DNA of 53,735 bases, taken from Planctomycetota bacterium. Lineage in GTDB: Bacteria > Planctomycetota > UBA8108 > UBA1146 > JAKEFC01. Within the stretch, counting starts at the first letter, position 1, and the number at the start of each line of letters is the position of its first letter. The stretch covers positions 1 through 53,735 of the forward strand of contig JAKEFC010000077.1 of the NCBI GenBank assembly GCA_022616235.1, written 5' to 3'. Positions 9,075 to 18,339 of this stretch are shown in pieces. The position numbers were made by a program, and so were the translations under genes. Below the pieces are notes generated by a model, which was given only the letters and a program-made list of their open reading frames with translations, made no database searches and was not told the DNA's origin.

Positions 9075-9536
9075 GTGGCCGCGAGGTTCATGGGACACAG
9101 CGAGCACAGTCTCGACGACAAGGGGAGAGTGATCATTCCCTCCAAGTTCCGAGATGCGATCGATTCCGCCCAGGACGGTACCGGCTTCGTCATCACGCCC
9201 GCGCCGGAGCAATGCTTGTTTCTTTACACCCCCGCGGAGTGGAGCCGCATCTGCGATGCCCAGCGCAAGCTCCCGAAGGGATCGCCGGAATACCGGCAGT
9301 TTCAGCGGCTCTGGTACGCGAATGCGGAGCAGGGGGCTCTCGACAAGCAGGGGAGATTGTTGCTCCCCGAGAGACTGAGGTCCTTGGTGAACATCGAGGG
9401 GGAGATCGTCATCGCCGGTTGCTACGACCGGCTCGAGATCTGGGCGAAGCCGGCCTGGGAGTCTGCACAAAGCGCGGCGCGCGGTAGCTACGCCAGCCAA
9501 GTGCAGGCTTTCCTCGGCGCGGTGGAGACCGAGTAA
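9075..9536 (+). CDS. mraZ: Transcriptional regulator MraZ
   Basis: FMGHSEHSLDDKGRVIIPSKFR and a second half with DKQGRLLLPERLR show the duplicated MraZ/SpoVT-AbrB motif. The start is GTG 9075 or ATG 9090. Confidence 0.9.
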   Translation: MAARFMGHSEHSLDDKGRVIIPSKFRDAIDSAQDGTGFVITPAPEQCLFLYTPAEWSRICDAQRKLPKGSPEYRQFQRLWYANAEQGALDKQGRLLLPERLRSLVNIEGEIVIAGCYDRLEIWAKPAWESAQSAARGSYASQVQAFLGAVETE

Positions 9537-9542
9537 CGGCGT

Positions 9543-9564
9543 CGGCGGCGAGTGGTCGCCGCCG
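9543..9564 (+). other. GC-rich hairpin just after the mraZ stop (9-bp stem, no U tract)
   Basis: CGGCGGCGA-GTGG-TCGCCGCCG. Confidence 0.4.
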
Positions 9565-9679
9565 GCCAGGCAGCATGTGGGGAATGGTGCCAAGTGCACG
9601 GTCATCGGCAGGCAGCCGGCTCGAGGGGCGGCTCCCGCCGCCTGCACGGAACGGCCGCACGCCGGCCTAGGAGGGGAGC

Positions 9680-9973
9680 ATGATCGCCAGACTTTGCGAT
9701 CGACAACAGCCGCGGGCAGATGGCGATGGGACGCCGGTTTCCCGCGTGCGCGAGTATCTGCGCGCGCGCGCGTCGGTACCGGCGCTCACCGCCGAGGTCG
9801 AGCGGCTGCGCGCAGACCTGCGAACGCTGCTCGCGCGCATCGAGCGCGTACGGCGCCGCGGAGGCGCGTTCGCGGCCGCCGCGCTCAGCGAGTCTGCGCG
9901 GGAGGCCGCGCGGAGCTTCCAAAGGAATGGCGCGCGAAGGATCTACTTCGAGCCCGGACGCAACCGGGCCTGA
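9680..9973 (+). CDS. Small coiled-coil ORF (97 aa) between mraZ and rsmH
   Basis: A strong SD (TAGGAGGGGAGC) precedes the ATG. GC3 is high through the LTAEVERLRADLRTLLARIERV segment. The stop at 9971-9973 lies 22 nt before a plausible rsmH GTG. Confidence 0.5.
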   Translation: MIARLCDRQQPRADGDGTPVSRVREYLRARASVPALTAEVERLRADLRTLLARIERVRRRGGAFAAAALSESAREAARSFQRNGARRIYFEPGRNRA

Positions 9974-9995
9974 GCGGCCCCGCGACTCGCTCTTG

Positions 9996-10901
9996 GTGCC
10001 GGTACACGAGCCGGTGCTCCTCGCGGAGGTCGTCCAGCTCCTTGCCCCCGAAGAGGGTGCGAGGATTCTCGATCTCACCGTGGGAGCAGGCGGCCACGCC
10101 TCGAGCCTGCGAGAGCGCGCTGGGGCGAGCGGCCTCCTCGTCGGAGTAGATCGCGATGCGGAGGTCTTGGAGATCGCGCGCCGGAGGCTGGCGGCTACCC
10201 CTGGCGCGCGAGTGGAGCTGATCGCGGGCAGCTTCGGTGCGCTCGCGGAGCTGCGGGCGCGGCTCCCATCGAGCGCATACGACTGCGTGCTCTTGGACTT
10301 GGGAGTCTCGTCGTGGCAGCTCGATCTGCCGGAGCGCGGATTCAGCTTTCGGCGCGATGGGCCGCTCGACATGAGAATGGACCGCGGCAGCGAACTCACC
10401 GCGGAGCGGTTGGTGAACGAATGCAGCGTGGAAGAGTTGCGGCGAATCGTTGCGGAGTTCGGCGAAGAGCGCTACGCGGCACGCGTCGCGGCGGCGATCG
10501 TGGAAGCGCGCCGCTCGCGGCGTTTGGATTCCACCGCGCGGCTCGCCGCGATCGTGCGTGCAGCGCTCCCTCCGCAACCCGCGCAGAGGATCGATCCGGC
10601 GACGCGAACCTTCCAAGCGTTGCGCATCGCGGTGAACCGCGAGTTGGAGGCGCTGCGCGATTTTCTGGGGAGGTTCGAGCTCGTGCTCGCGCGCGGCGGG
10701 CGCTTGGCGGTGATCTCGTATCACTCGCTCGAGGACCGGCAGGTCAAGAACGCGTTCCGTGAGCGCGCTCGCGAAGGAGACTACGAACCTTTGACGCGCC
10801 GGTGCCTGACTCCGGCGGAAGCAGAGATCGAACGGAATCCGCGGTCGCGTAGCGCGCGCCTGCGGGGGCTACGCCGCCTCAGGGAAGAGGAGAGAAGATG
10901 A
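9996..10901 (+). CDS. rsmH: 16S rRNA (cytosine1402-N4)-methyltransferase RsmH
   Basis: Motifs HEPVLLAEV, DLTVGAGGHA, LDLGVSSWQLD, FQALRIAVNRELE, ISYHSLEDR and NPRSRSARLR are present. The GTG 9996 start gives the usual short N-terminus before the His. An alternative ATG at 9927 would overlap the small ORF. Confidence 0.9.
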   Translation: MPVHEPVLLAEVVQLLAPEEGARILDLTVGAGGHASSLRERAGASGLLVGVDRDAEVLEIARRRLAATPGARVELIAGSFGALAELRARLPSSAYDCVLLDLGVSSWQLDLPERGFSFRRDGPLDMRMDRGSELTAERLVNECSVEELRRIVAEFGEERYAARVAAAIVEARRSRRLDSTARLAAIVRAALPPQPAQRIDPATRTFQALRIAVNRELEALRDFLGRFELVLARGGRLAVISYHSLEDRQVKNAFRERAREGDYEPLTRRCLTPAEAEIERNPRSRSARLRGLRRLREEERR

Positions 10902-11206
10902 CGGTGCCGCGGACCACGCTCGTCGCGGCCCTCGTATTCGCTTGCGGTTTCGACCTGGCGGTACAGGGGCTCTTGGGCCAAGGCTCCATGAGGGAGATCG
11001 TCGAGCTGCGCGCGGGACTCGCGAACTCGCTCGAAGCGAGGGATCGCGCGCAGGACTCCTACGACGCCGCCGTCTACGCCGCGCTCTTCGAGACGGCCGC
11101 CGCGGCGAGCGCCGAGCGCCCGGCGCGCGAGGTCGTCGCTCGCCCGCGGGAAGCGGCCTCCGCAGAGGCGAATTCCCGAGAGCCTCGATCGAGACGCGGT
11201 ACTTGA
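10898..11206 (+). CDS. FtsL-like small membrane protein
   Basis: The 102-aa ORF has an N-terminal TM helix (TLVAALVFACGFDLAV) followed by a helical segment. It occupies the canonical position between rsmH and ftsI. Its ATG overlaps the rsmH stop (ATGA). Confidence 0.55.
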   Translation: MTVPRTTLVAALVFACGFDLAVQGLLGQGSMREIVELRAGLANSLEARDRAQDSYDAAVYAALFETAAAASAERPAREVVARPREAASAEANSREPRSRRGT

Positions 11207-11207
11207 G

Positions 11208-13205
11208 TTGATTCGCGCGATCGGCCCCCACGATCCGCCGTCCGGCGGCGAGGAGAAGGCGCTGCGCTGGGCGCGGCGCATGGTCGCTTGCTTGCAGGCG
11301 ATCCTGCTCGGCTTGCTCCTCCGCTGCGCGTACTTGCAGCTCTACCTCCATGATCACTACAGCGCCATCCAAGATGAGTACGTGGAAGGGCACGAGCGGG
11401 ATCCGGCTCCGCGAGGCTGCATCTGGACGCGCCATGGCGAAGCGCTCGCGCGCAACGTCGCGGCGTGGCGCCTCGGGCTCGATCTCGTTCAGGCGGCAGG
11501 CGGTGCGGAGTTGCCGCTCGCCGAGCGAGAAGCGCGCGTCCGAGACGCGCTCGCCCACGTCGCCCAGGTCATCGAGCGGTACGAGAATCCTGCCGGAGTG
11601 GAAGCGCGCGTCCTCGACCGACTCGCCGCAGGCCGGCGCCACGCTCCCTTGGTTTCGATCGACGCGCGCGCGGATCTCGATGAGATCGAGACCTTGCGCC
11701 TCGAGTGGCGACGGCGCGGCGGGCCTCCGTGCTTCACGAGCGACCTCTACTTTCGGCGCGATTACGCGCATGGCGAGTGCGCGCTCCAGGTCGTCGGCGA
11801 GCTCGGCGCCGCCGGGCAGGGGCTCTTCGGCATCGAGGGGGAGTACGAGCGATTCCTCGCTGGACAAGACGGCATCCGGCGGCTCAGGCGCGCCGGCAAC
11901 CGCATGGTCATGGAAGAGGTCGGCGCGCTCGCCCAGGGGGAACCGGGGCCCGCGCGGCCCGCCGCGGAGAACTGCGCGGCTCAGCGGGAATCCGAATTCA
12001 TGGGAATCGAGGTCGCGGCCGCCGCCGGCGTTCCGGGGCAAGGGGCCATGCCGGGATCGGACGTCGTCTTGACGATCGATCTCAAGGCGCAACTGCTGCT
12101 CGAGCGGCTGTTGGGGGAAGCCCTGGACGATACCGGTGCCCGGCGCGTGCTCGGAGTCGTCATCGACCCGCGCACCGGGGCCATCCTGGCGGCGGCCTGC
12201 GCTCCTCTCCTCAGCCGCGGCGAATACGCGCTCGGCTTGGGAACGGAGGATGGGCGGCGAGAGATCGGGCGCAGCATGCTGAATCTCCGCACCGCGCCTT
12301 ACGAGCCGGGATCCACCATCAAGCCACTGATCCTGGCCGAAGCGATCGTGCGCGGCTTACCGCTCGATACCCGGATCACGGATGGCGCCAAGGAGTGGGA
12401 CATGCGCCCGCTCGGCGTGCAGCGCACCATTCGAGACTCCAGCTCGCACGGACCGCTGACCATGGCGGAATCCCTCATTCACTCCAGCAACATCGGCATG
12501 GTGCGAATCGGCCTCCGCCTGGGGAGGGAAGGCCTCGCCGCGGCGGTCGCGCGCTTCGACCTCGACCCATCCGGCGCGTGGGACAAGTACCTGATCAGCT
12601 CTCTGCCGATGGGCTACCAGATCGCGGTGACGCCTTGGGACTTGCTGCGCGCGTATGCCGCGATCGCGAACGGCGGCTTCCGCGTCGAACCCTATCTCGT
12701 CGCGGCGATCGCCGGCGCGCCGACCCCCGCCGAATGCGCGCCCCCGGCGGATGAAGAGGCGCGAATCCTGCCGGCGGCGGCTTCGCTTCAGCTCCGGGCG
12801 CTCCTCTTCGACGCCGCGGTGCACGGCACCGGGCGCGGCCTCGACTTCGAGCGGATCGCGATGGCGGGGAAGACGGGCACCGCGAAAATCGCGGGTCCCG
12901 GCGGATACCTCCCCGGCGAATACTATTCCTCGTTCATGGGCTTCGCGCCTTGGCGCGAGCCGCGCTTTCTCGTCTTCATCCACGTCGATCGCCCGCGCGG
13001 ACGTTACTACGGCGCGCAAGTCGCGGGACCCGTCGCGCGCAAGATGATGGGCGCGCTCCTCGGTGAGCCGGGCAACCGGATGGCGGCCAACCTCGGCCCG
13101 CACCGCGACCCTTGTGACGGATCCGGCAGCGAGCATATGATCGGCGCGGGGGATGCAAGAGGGGGAACAGGGGGCGGCGAGTGGCAGTCCGCAGCGAATC
13201 GCTAA
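11208..13205 (+). CDS. ftsI: Penicillin-binding protein (FtsI/PBP3-like transpeptidase)
   Basis: Motifs STIKP (SxxK), SSN (SxN) and KTGTA (KTG) are present, with an N-terminal TM helix. The start is TTG at 11208 or ATG at 11280. Confidence 0.9.
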   Translation: MIRAIGPHDPPSGGEEKALRWARRMVACLQAILLGLLLRCAYLQLYLHDHYSAIQDEYVEGHERDPAPRGCIWTRHGEALARNVAAWRLGLDLVQAAGGAELPLAEREARVRDALAHVAQVIERYENPAGVEARVLDRLAAGRRHAPLVSIDARADLDEIETLRLEWRRRGGPPCFTSDLYFRRDYAHGECALQVVGELGAAGQGLFGIEGEYERFLAGQDGIRRLRRAGNRMVMEEVGALAQGEPGPARPAAENCAAQRESEFMGIEVAAAAGVPGQGAMPGSDVVLTIDLKAQLLLERLLGEALDDTGARRVLGVVIDPRTGAILAAACAPLLSRGEYALGLGTEDGRREIGRSMLNLRTAPYEPGSTIKPLILAEAIVRGLPLDTRITDGAKEWDMRPLGVQRTIRDSSSHGPLTMAESLIHSSNIGMVRIGLRLGREGLAAAVARFDLDPSGAWDKYLISSLPMGYQIAVTPWDLLRAYAAIANGGFRVEPYLVAAIAGAPTPAECAPPADEEARILPAAASLQLRALLFDAAVHGTGRGLDFERIAMAGKTGTAKIAGPGGYLPGEYYSSFMGFAPWREPRFLVFIHVDRPRGRYYGAQVAGPVARKMMGALLGEPGNRMAANLGPHRDPCDGSGSEHMIGAGDARGGTGGGEWQSAANR

Positions 13206-14668
13206 GCCCAGCGCTCGATCACTTCGAGTTGATGCGACGGCTTTCCCCCGATTTCTTCGGCACCGCGCCCCTCTTGCCGTACTCCCGCGTCACCGCGGAC
13301 GATCGCGAGCTGAGCGGCGACCTGTTCGTTGCGATTCGCGGCGCGCGCTTCGACGGCCACGCCGCGCTGCCGCGCCTTCCCGGGAGCGCGATCCGCGGCG
13401 TGATCGGCGAAGCGGCTCCGCTCGCGGACTACCCGCTTCCTTATTACCGCGTCTCGGACTCGCGCCGCGCGCTCGCGCTGCTCGCACAGGGATTCGCGGG
13501 AGACCCGGCGCGAGCGCTCCGCATCGCCGGCGTGACCGGAACGAACGGGAAATCGACCACGGTCCGTTTGCTCGCCGCGATCCTCGAAGCGGCGGGGCGG
13601 CGTACCGGCTGGATGAGCACGGTCACATGCCGCCTCGGCGGGGACGAGAGTACGCAGAATCTCACGACGCTGGAGCCGCGCGAGTTGGCGGCCGGCATGC
13701 GCAAGCTCTTGCGCGCGGGGGGCCAAGACCTCGTGCTCGAGGTTTCATCCCACGCGCTCGTGCAAGAGCGCGTGGCGGGAATCGAATTCGCGGGCGCGGT
13801 ACTCACGAACCTCTCGCGCGATCACCTCGACTATCACGGCACGATGGAGGAGTACCTGCGCGCCAAGTTGCGGTTGTTCGCGCGCTCCGCGCCGCAAGCG
13901 CCGGTCGTCTTCGCGGCGCGCGGGCCGGTCGCCGCGAGTTGCGATGAGGCGCGCGGCCGCCGCGCGCTCTCCTTCGGCGCATCCGCGCCAGCCGATGCGT
14001 TCCCGGTGGAGATGGCGTTCGAAGCGACCGGGCTCCGCGGGTCGATCTCCGTGCTCGGCGAACGGATCGCGATCGAGTCCCCACTCGTCGGCCGCCACAA
14101 CCTCGAGAACATCCTCGCCGCGGCCCTGCTCGCGCGAGCCCTCGGAGCGGATCCCGGCGCGATCGCGCGCGGGATCGCGAGCGCGCCCCCGGTGCGAGGC
14201 CGCCTCGAGCTTGTCCCGGGGAACCGCGGCCGCATCTACATCGACTATGCCCACACTCCCGATGCGCTCGCCGCGGTGCTCGCCGCCGCGCGCGAGCTGA
14301 CGCGCGGGCGGCTGCGCGTCGTCTTCGGCTGCGGCGGCGATCGCGACCGCGGCAAGCGCCCGCAGATGGCGGCGGTCGCGGCGCGGCTGGCGGATGTGAT
14401 CTACGTTACCTCCGACAATCCGCGCAGCGAGCCCCCGGGAGCGATCATCGATGACATCCTGGCCGGCTTCCCTGCGAGCACGGCCGTCGTCGTCGAGGAG
14501 AATCGGCGGGCGGCGATCGCGCGCGCGGTACGCGACACGGCTCCGGCCGACGTGCTCATCGTCGCGGGCAAGGGGCACGAGCAGGAGCAGATCATCGGCC
14601 AGGCGCGCCGTCCCTTCGATGACAGGGAAGCGGTGTTGTCGGCGGTGGCGATCGGAACCAGGCTGTGA
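13181..14668 (+). CDS. murE: UDP-N-acetylmuramoyl-L-alanyl-D-glutamate--2,6-diaminopimelate ligase
   Basis: Motifs GVTGTNGKSTT, EVSSHAL, DYAHTPDAL and TSDNPRSE are present. The GTG start overlaps the end of ftsI. Confidence 0.93.
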   Translation: MAVRSESLSPALDHFELMRRLSPDFFGTAPLLPYSRVTADDRELSGDLFVAIRGARFDGHAALPRLPGSAIRGVIGEAAPLADYPLPYYRVSDSRRALALLAQGFAGDPARALRIAGVTGTNGKSTTVRLLAAILEAAGRRTGWMSTVTCRLGGDESTQNLTTLEPRELAAGMRKLLRAGGQDLVLEVSSHALVQERVAGIEFAGAVLTNLSRDHLDYHGTMEEYLRAKLRLFARSAPQAPVVFAARGPVAASCDEARGRRALSFGASAPADAFPVEMAFEATGLRGSISVLGERIAIESPLVGRHNLENILAAALLARALGADPGAIARGIASAPPVRGRLELVPGNRGRIYIDYAHTPDALAAVLAAARELTRGRLRVVFGCGGDRDRGKRPQMAAVAARLADVIYVTSDNPRSEPPGAIIDDILAGFPASTAVVVEENRRAAIARAVRDTAPADVLIVAGKGHEQEQIIGQARRPFDDREAVLSAVAIGTRL

Positions 14669-16038
14669 AGCCGCGCGCGCTTGCCGTTGCTGCCGAGTGG
14701 ATGGAAGGGGAATGCCGCGAGGCGGAGCCGGGTACGCTCGTCGCCGGCGCCGCGATCGACAGCCGCGAGGTACGCCCGGGGGACCTCTTCTTCGCGCTTC
14801 CGGGAGAGCGCGCGCACGGCATCGATTTCGCCGCTGAGGCGCTGGGCCGAGGAGCTTGCGCGGTCGTCACCGATGCCGCGCACCTGCGCCGCTTGCCCTC
14901 CATCGTCGTCGCCGACGCCGCCCGCGCGCTCTCGCGCCTCGCCGCGCGCGTGCGCGCGCTCGAGGAGGGCGTCCTGCCCGCGGTCGCCATAACGGGCAGC
15001 GTCGGCAAGACCACCGCCTGCGGATACGCGGCGACGCTGCTCCGCGCGGCGGGGATCGCCCATGGTCCGCCGAAGTCGTTCAACAACGCGCTCGGCGTGC
15101 CGCTCTCGATCCTCGGCGCGCCGCAAGATTGCGACTTCCTCGTCCGCGAGTTCGGCACCAATGCTCCCGGCGCAGTGCGTGGGCTCGCACGCATCGCGCG
15201 CCCGCGCGTCGCGTGCATCACCGCGATCGCTCCTGCCCACTTGGCGGGGCTCGGCACCATCGAAGGCGTCGCCGCGGAGAAGCTCTCGCTGTGCGCCGCG
15301 CTCCCGGAGAACGAAGAGGCGTGGCTGCCCGCGGAGGCGGCGCGGGAATTCGCGCGGTTCCTCCCCGCCACGCGTGCGCGCGTGCGCACGTTCGGCCCCG
15401 GCGGCGAGCTGGAGCTGGTTCCGGGGAGCCGCGCGGGCGAATGGCGGTTGCTCCTGGCGGGGCTGCCCGCCGCGGACCCGTTTCCGTGGCAGGCGCCTTT
15501 CCCGCACTCGCCGCGCAACCTCGAGGCGGCGCTCGCCGCCGGCGTTGCGCTCGGCATCCCGCCGGCGGCGCTCGTCTCGCGCGCCGGCGCGCTCGCGTTG
15601 CCCCCGCTCCGGGGCGAGTGCAAGACGCACGCAGGCGTGGATCTGCTCCTCGATTGCTACAACTCGAATCCAGCGGCGCTCGAGTCATCGATCGCGCGGC
15701 TCGAGCGCGAAGCCGCGCGCGGGCGCCGCGTTTGCGTGGTCGGCACCATGGAAGAGCTGGGAGTGGAGGAGGAAGGCTGGCATCGGCGGCTCGGCGAGCG
15801 GCTCGCATCGCCCGCTCTCGACGCGGTGTATCTCGTCGGCCGCGCGCGGAATTGGTACTTGGCGGGGCTGCGCGAGCGCGGCGGCGACGGCACGCTGCTC
15901 ACGGACGACGATGAGTCCGCGGTGCGGCTCGCCGGATCCCTGCGCCCCGGCGATCGCGTGCTCTTCAAAGCCTCTCGCCGCGATGGACTCGAGCGATTCG
16001 CGGCGCGCGTCGCCGAACACTTGGATCGATCTCAGTAG
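14665..16038 (+). CDS. murF: UDP-N-acetylmuramoyl-tripeptide--D-alanyl-D-alanine ligase
   Basis: Motifs ITGSVGKTT, EFGTNAPG and DCYNSNP are present. There is a GTGA overlap with the murE stop. Confidence 0.9.
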   Translation: MKPRALAVAAEWMEGECREAEPGTLVAGAAIDSREVRPGDLFFALPGERAHGIDFAAEALGRGACAVVTDAAHLRRLPSIVVADAARALSRLAARVRALEEGVLPAVAITGSVGKTTACGYAATLLRAAGIAHGPPKSFNNALGVPLSILGAPQDCDFLVREFGTNAPGAVRGLARIARPRVACITAIAPAHLAGLGTIEGVAAEKLSLCAALPENEEAWLPAEAAREFARFLPATRARVRTFGPGGELELVPGSRAGEWRLLLAGLPAADPFPWQAPFPHSPRNLEAALAAGVALGIPPAALVSRAGALALPPLRGECKTHAGVDLLLDCYNSNPAALESSIARLEREAARGRRVCVVGTMEELGVEEEGWHRRLGERLASPALDAVYLVGRARNWYLAGLRERGGDGTLLTDDDESAVRLAGSLRPGDRVLFKASRRDGLERFAARVAEHLDRSQ

Positions 16039-16081
16039 CGTGGCGGCACGGATTGGCGCGTCTCTCTTGCGGGAAACAGGG

Positions 16082-17257
16082 GTGTCCGAATTGGAGCGGC
16101 GATTCGGTTTGACGCCGGCGGCGCGCATCCTTTTGCTCGCCGTCCTCGTGCTCGTCGCGCTGGGCGCGGCCGTGCTCTTCTCCGCGACCTTCCATCGCGC
16201 CTACTTCGCGCTCGGCGACCCGGCCTTCTTCCTCAAGCGGCAAATGCTCGGCGTGGCGCTTGGAGCGGCCGTACTTTGCGCCGCCACGTTCCTGCCCCCG
16301 CGCCGTTGGCTCGCGTGGGCGCCGGCTCTCTATGGAATCACGATTCTGCTCCTCGCCGCGGTGCTCCTCGCGGGCCCCAAGATCAATAACGCGCATCGCT
16401 GGCTCCCGCTCGGCTTCATCAGCGTGCAGCCATCGGAGCTGGCGAAGCTCGTGACCCCGATCATGGTGGCTTGGCTCTACGACCGGCGCCTCCGCGACTC
16501 GAGTCTGACCGCGGCGAAGCGGCGCCCGCTTTGGTTTGCGGCGCTCGCTGCGCTCGGGCTTCTCGGCGCGTTGATCATCGTCGAGCCCGACTACGGTTCG
16601 GGGCTCTTCATTCTCGGGGTCGGGGGCGCGCTCTTGCTCCTCGTGGGACTGCCAGCCGCCTACGTCGTCGCGGGGGTCGTGCTCATGGTTCCCGCCGCCG
16701 TGCTCCTTTGGCACGCACGCGGCGACGAGCTGACCGAACGATTCCTCGCGTTCGTGCGCCCGGAGCAGGTCTATCAAGTTCAGCATTCGCTGACCGCGAT
16801 CTCGTGTGGAGGCATCTTGGGCAAAGGCTTCGGAGAAAGCTGGGAGAAGACCGGCTATCTGCCGGAGGCCCACAACGATTTCATCTTCGGCGTCTATGCC
16901 GAAGAGACCGGTCTCGTGGGTGTGGCGTTCTTGATCGGACTATTCGCGCTGCTCCTCCACGCGGGTTGGCGCGTCGTGCGGGAGTGTCCCGAGCCTGCGC
17001 TCCGCATCATCGCCGGGGGTTTCGTGCTGAACCTCGTGCTGCAGGCGGCGATGAACATCGCCGTCGCGAGCGCGAGCGCGCCGACGAAGGGAATCCCGCT
17101 CCCGTTCATCTCCCACGGATCCTCCGGGCTCACCATCGCGTTGCTCGAAGTCGGCATCATCCTGGCGATCGCGCGCGCGAGCGGAAACCCCGCCGTTCCT
17201 CCCGCGCCGGCGGAGGCGCCCGCACCGGCGGCGGCGGCGCCGGGAGCGCGGTCATGA
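16082..17257 (+). CDS. ftsW: SEDS-family peptidoglycan polymerase FtsW
   Basis: This is the C-terminal ~390 aa of track ORF 15062..17257. It has multiple TM helices and the motifs QPSELAKL, EAHNDFIF and PLPFISHGSSG. The start is GTG 16082 or GTG 16040. Confidence 0.9.
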   Translation: MSELERRFGLTPAARILLLAVLVLVALGAAVLFSATFHRAYFALGDPAFFLKRQMLGVALGAAVLCAATFLPPRRWLAWAPALYGITILLLAAVLLAGPKINNAHRWLPLGFISVQPSELAKLVTPIMVAWLYDRRLRDSSLTAAKRRPLWFAALAALGLLGALIIVEPDYGSGLFILGVGGALLLLVGLPAAYVVAGVVLMVPAAVLLWHARGDELTERFLAFVRPEQVYQVQHSLTAISCGGILGKGFGESWEKTGYLPEAHNDFIFGVYAEETGLVGVAFLIGLFALLLHAGWRVVRECPEPALRIIAGGFVLNLVLQAAMNIAVASASAPTKGIPLPFISHGSSGLTIALLEVGIILAIARASGNPAVPPAPAEAPAPAAAAPGARS

Positions 17258-18339
17258 CGCGGCGGATCCTCCTCGCGGGAGGAGCTTCGGGCGGTCACCT
17301 CTACCCGGCGCTCGCGCTCGCGCGCGCGCTCGCGGAAGGGGCCGGCATCGAATCGCACGTTCTCGCCGGCAATCGGGAGGCCGAGCGGCGCATTCTCGAG
17401 AGCGCCCCCATCTCCGTCGAGCGCGTCGCCGCGCACGGCGGGCGCGGACCGCTCGCTTTCGCGCGCTACGCGCGTGCGCTCGGCAGGATCTTCGCGCGGC
17501 TCGAGCCCGCCGCGTTCGTAGGACTCGGCGGCATGCCGAGCGTGCTCCCGGGCTTGATCGCTCGCTGGCACGGCGTGCCGGTGTTCCTCCTCGAGCAAAA
17601 CCGAATCGTGGGGCGGGCGAACCGCGCGCTGATGCCGTGCGCGAAGCGCATCTTCCTTTGCTTCCGCGATGCGCGCGGACCGCGGGGGTTGCGGCGCCGC
17701 GGCATCGCGATCGGCTGCCCGGTGCGGAGCGGGTTTAGTCCCGCGCCGCTCCCCGGCGGCGTTCCCGCGGTTCTCGTCCTAGGCGGCAGCCAGGGCGCGG
17801 AGGATGTGAATCGGCTGCTCGAAAGCGCGCTGCCGGCGCTTGCCGAGCTGCGCGGACGCGTGCGTTTCATCCACGTGACGGGACCGGGCAAGGATCGGCA
17901 GCTCGAGGCGCGCTACCGGGACGCGGGGTTCGCCGCGGAGGTGCGCGACTTCGCGGCCGATCCCGCACCGTACTTCGCGGCGGCGAGCCTCATCGTAGCG
18001 CGCGCAGGGGGGAGCACGATTGCGGAGATCCTGGCGGTCGGCCGCGGGTCGCTCTTGCTGCCTTATCCTCATCACTCGGATCGCCATCAGTTCTTGAATG
18101 CGGAGCCACTCTGCAACGCGGGAGCCGCTCGGCTCTTGAGCGGCGACGTCGCGGAATTCGCGACGACGTTGCGTGCGTTGATCCAAGATGGAAGCGCCCT
18201 CGCCGCGATGGCGGCAAGCGCCGGCGACCTCGCCGCGCCGGCCGCCGCCGCGCGCATTGCCGACGTCATCGCGACTCATCTCGGCTGCGCTCCGAGCGGC
18301 GCCGACCCGCGCGCTGCCGTTTGGGCGGGGGCCGCATGA
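17254..18339 (+). CDS. murG: UDP-N-acetylglucosamine--N-acetylmuramyl-(pentapeptide) pyrophosphoryl-undecaprenol GlcNAc transferase
   Basis: Motifs LLAGGASGGHLYPALA, LLEQN and ARAGGSTIAE are present. There is an ATGA overlap with the ftsW stop. Confidence 0.9.
   Translation: MTRRILLAGGASGGHLYPALALARALAEGAGIESHVLAGNREAERRILESAPISVERVAAHGGRGPLAFARYARALGRIFARLEPAAFVGLGGMPSVLPGLIARWHGVPVFLLEQNRIVGRANRALMPCAKRIFLCFRDARGPRGLRRRGIAIGCPVRSGFSPAPLPGGVPAVLVLGGSQGAEDVNRLLESALPALAELRGRVRFIHVTGPGKDRQLEARYRDAGFAAEVRDFAADPAPYFAAASLIVARAGGSTIAEILAVGRGSLLLPYPHHSDRHQFLNAEPLCNAGAARLLSGDVAEFATTLRALIQDGSALAAMAASAGDLAAPAAAARIADVIATHLGCAPSGADPRAAVWAGAA

Noticed and set aside
9927-9995. ATG 9927 as the rsmH start.
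   Set aside because: It is possible, but it would overlap the well-signalled small ORF by 47 nt and add about 23 atypical residues before the conserved HxPVLL N-terminus. GTG 9996 is preferred. This is left as an alternative rather than excluded.
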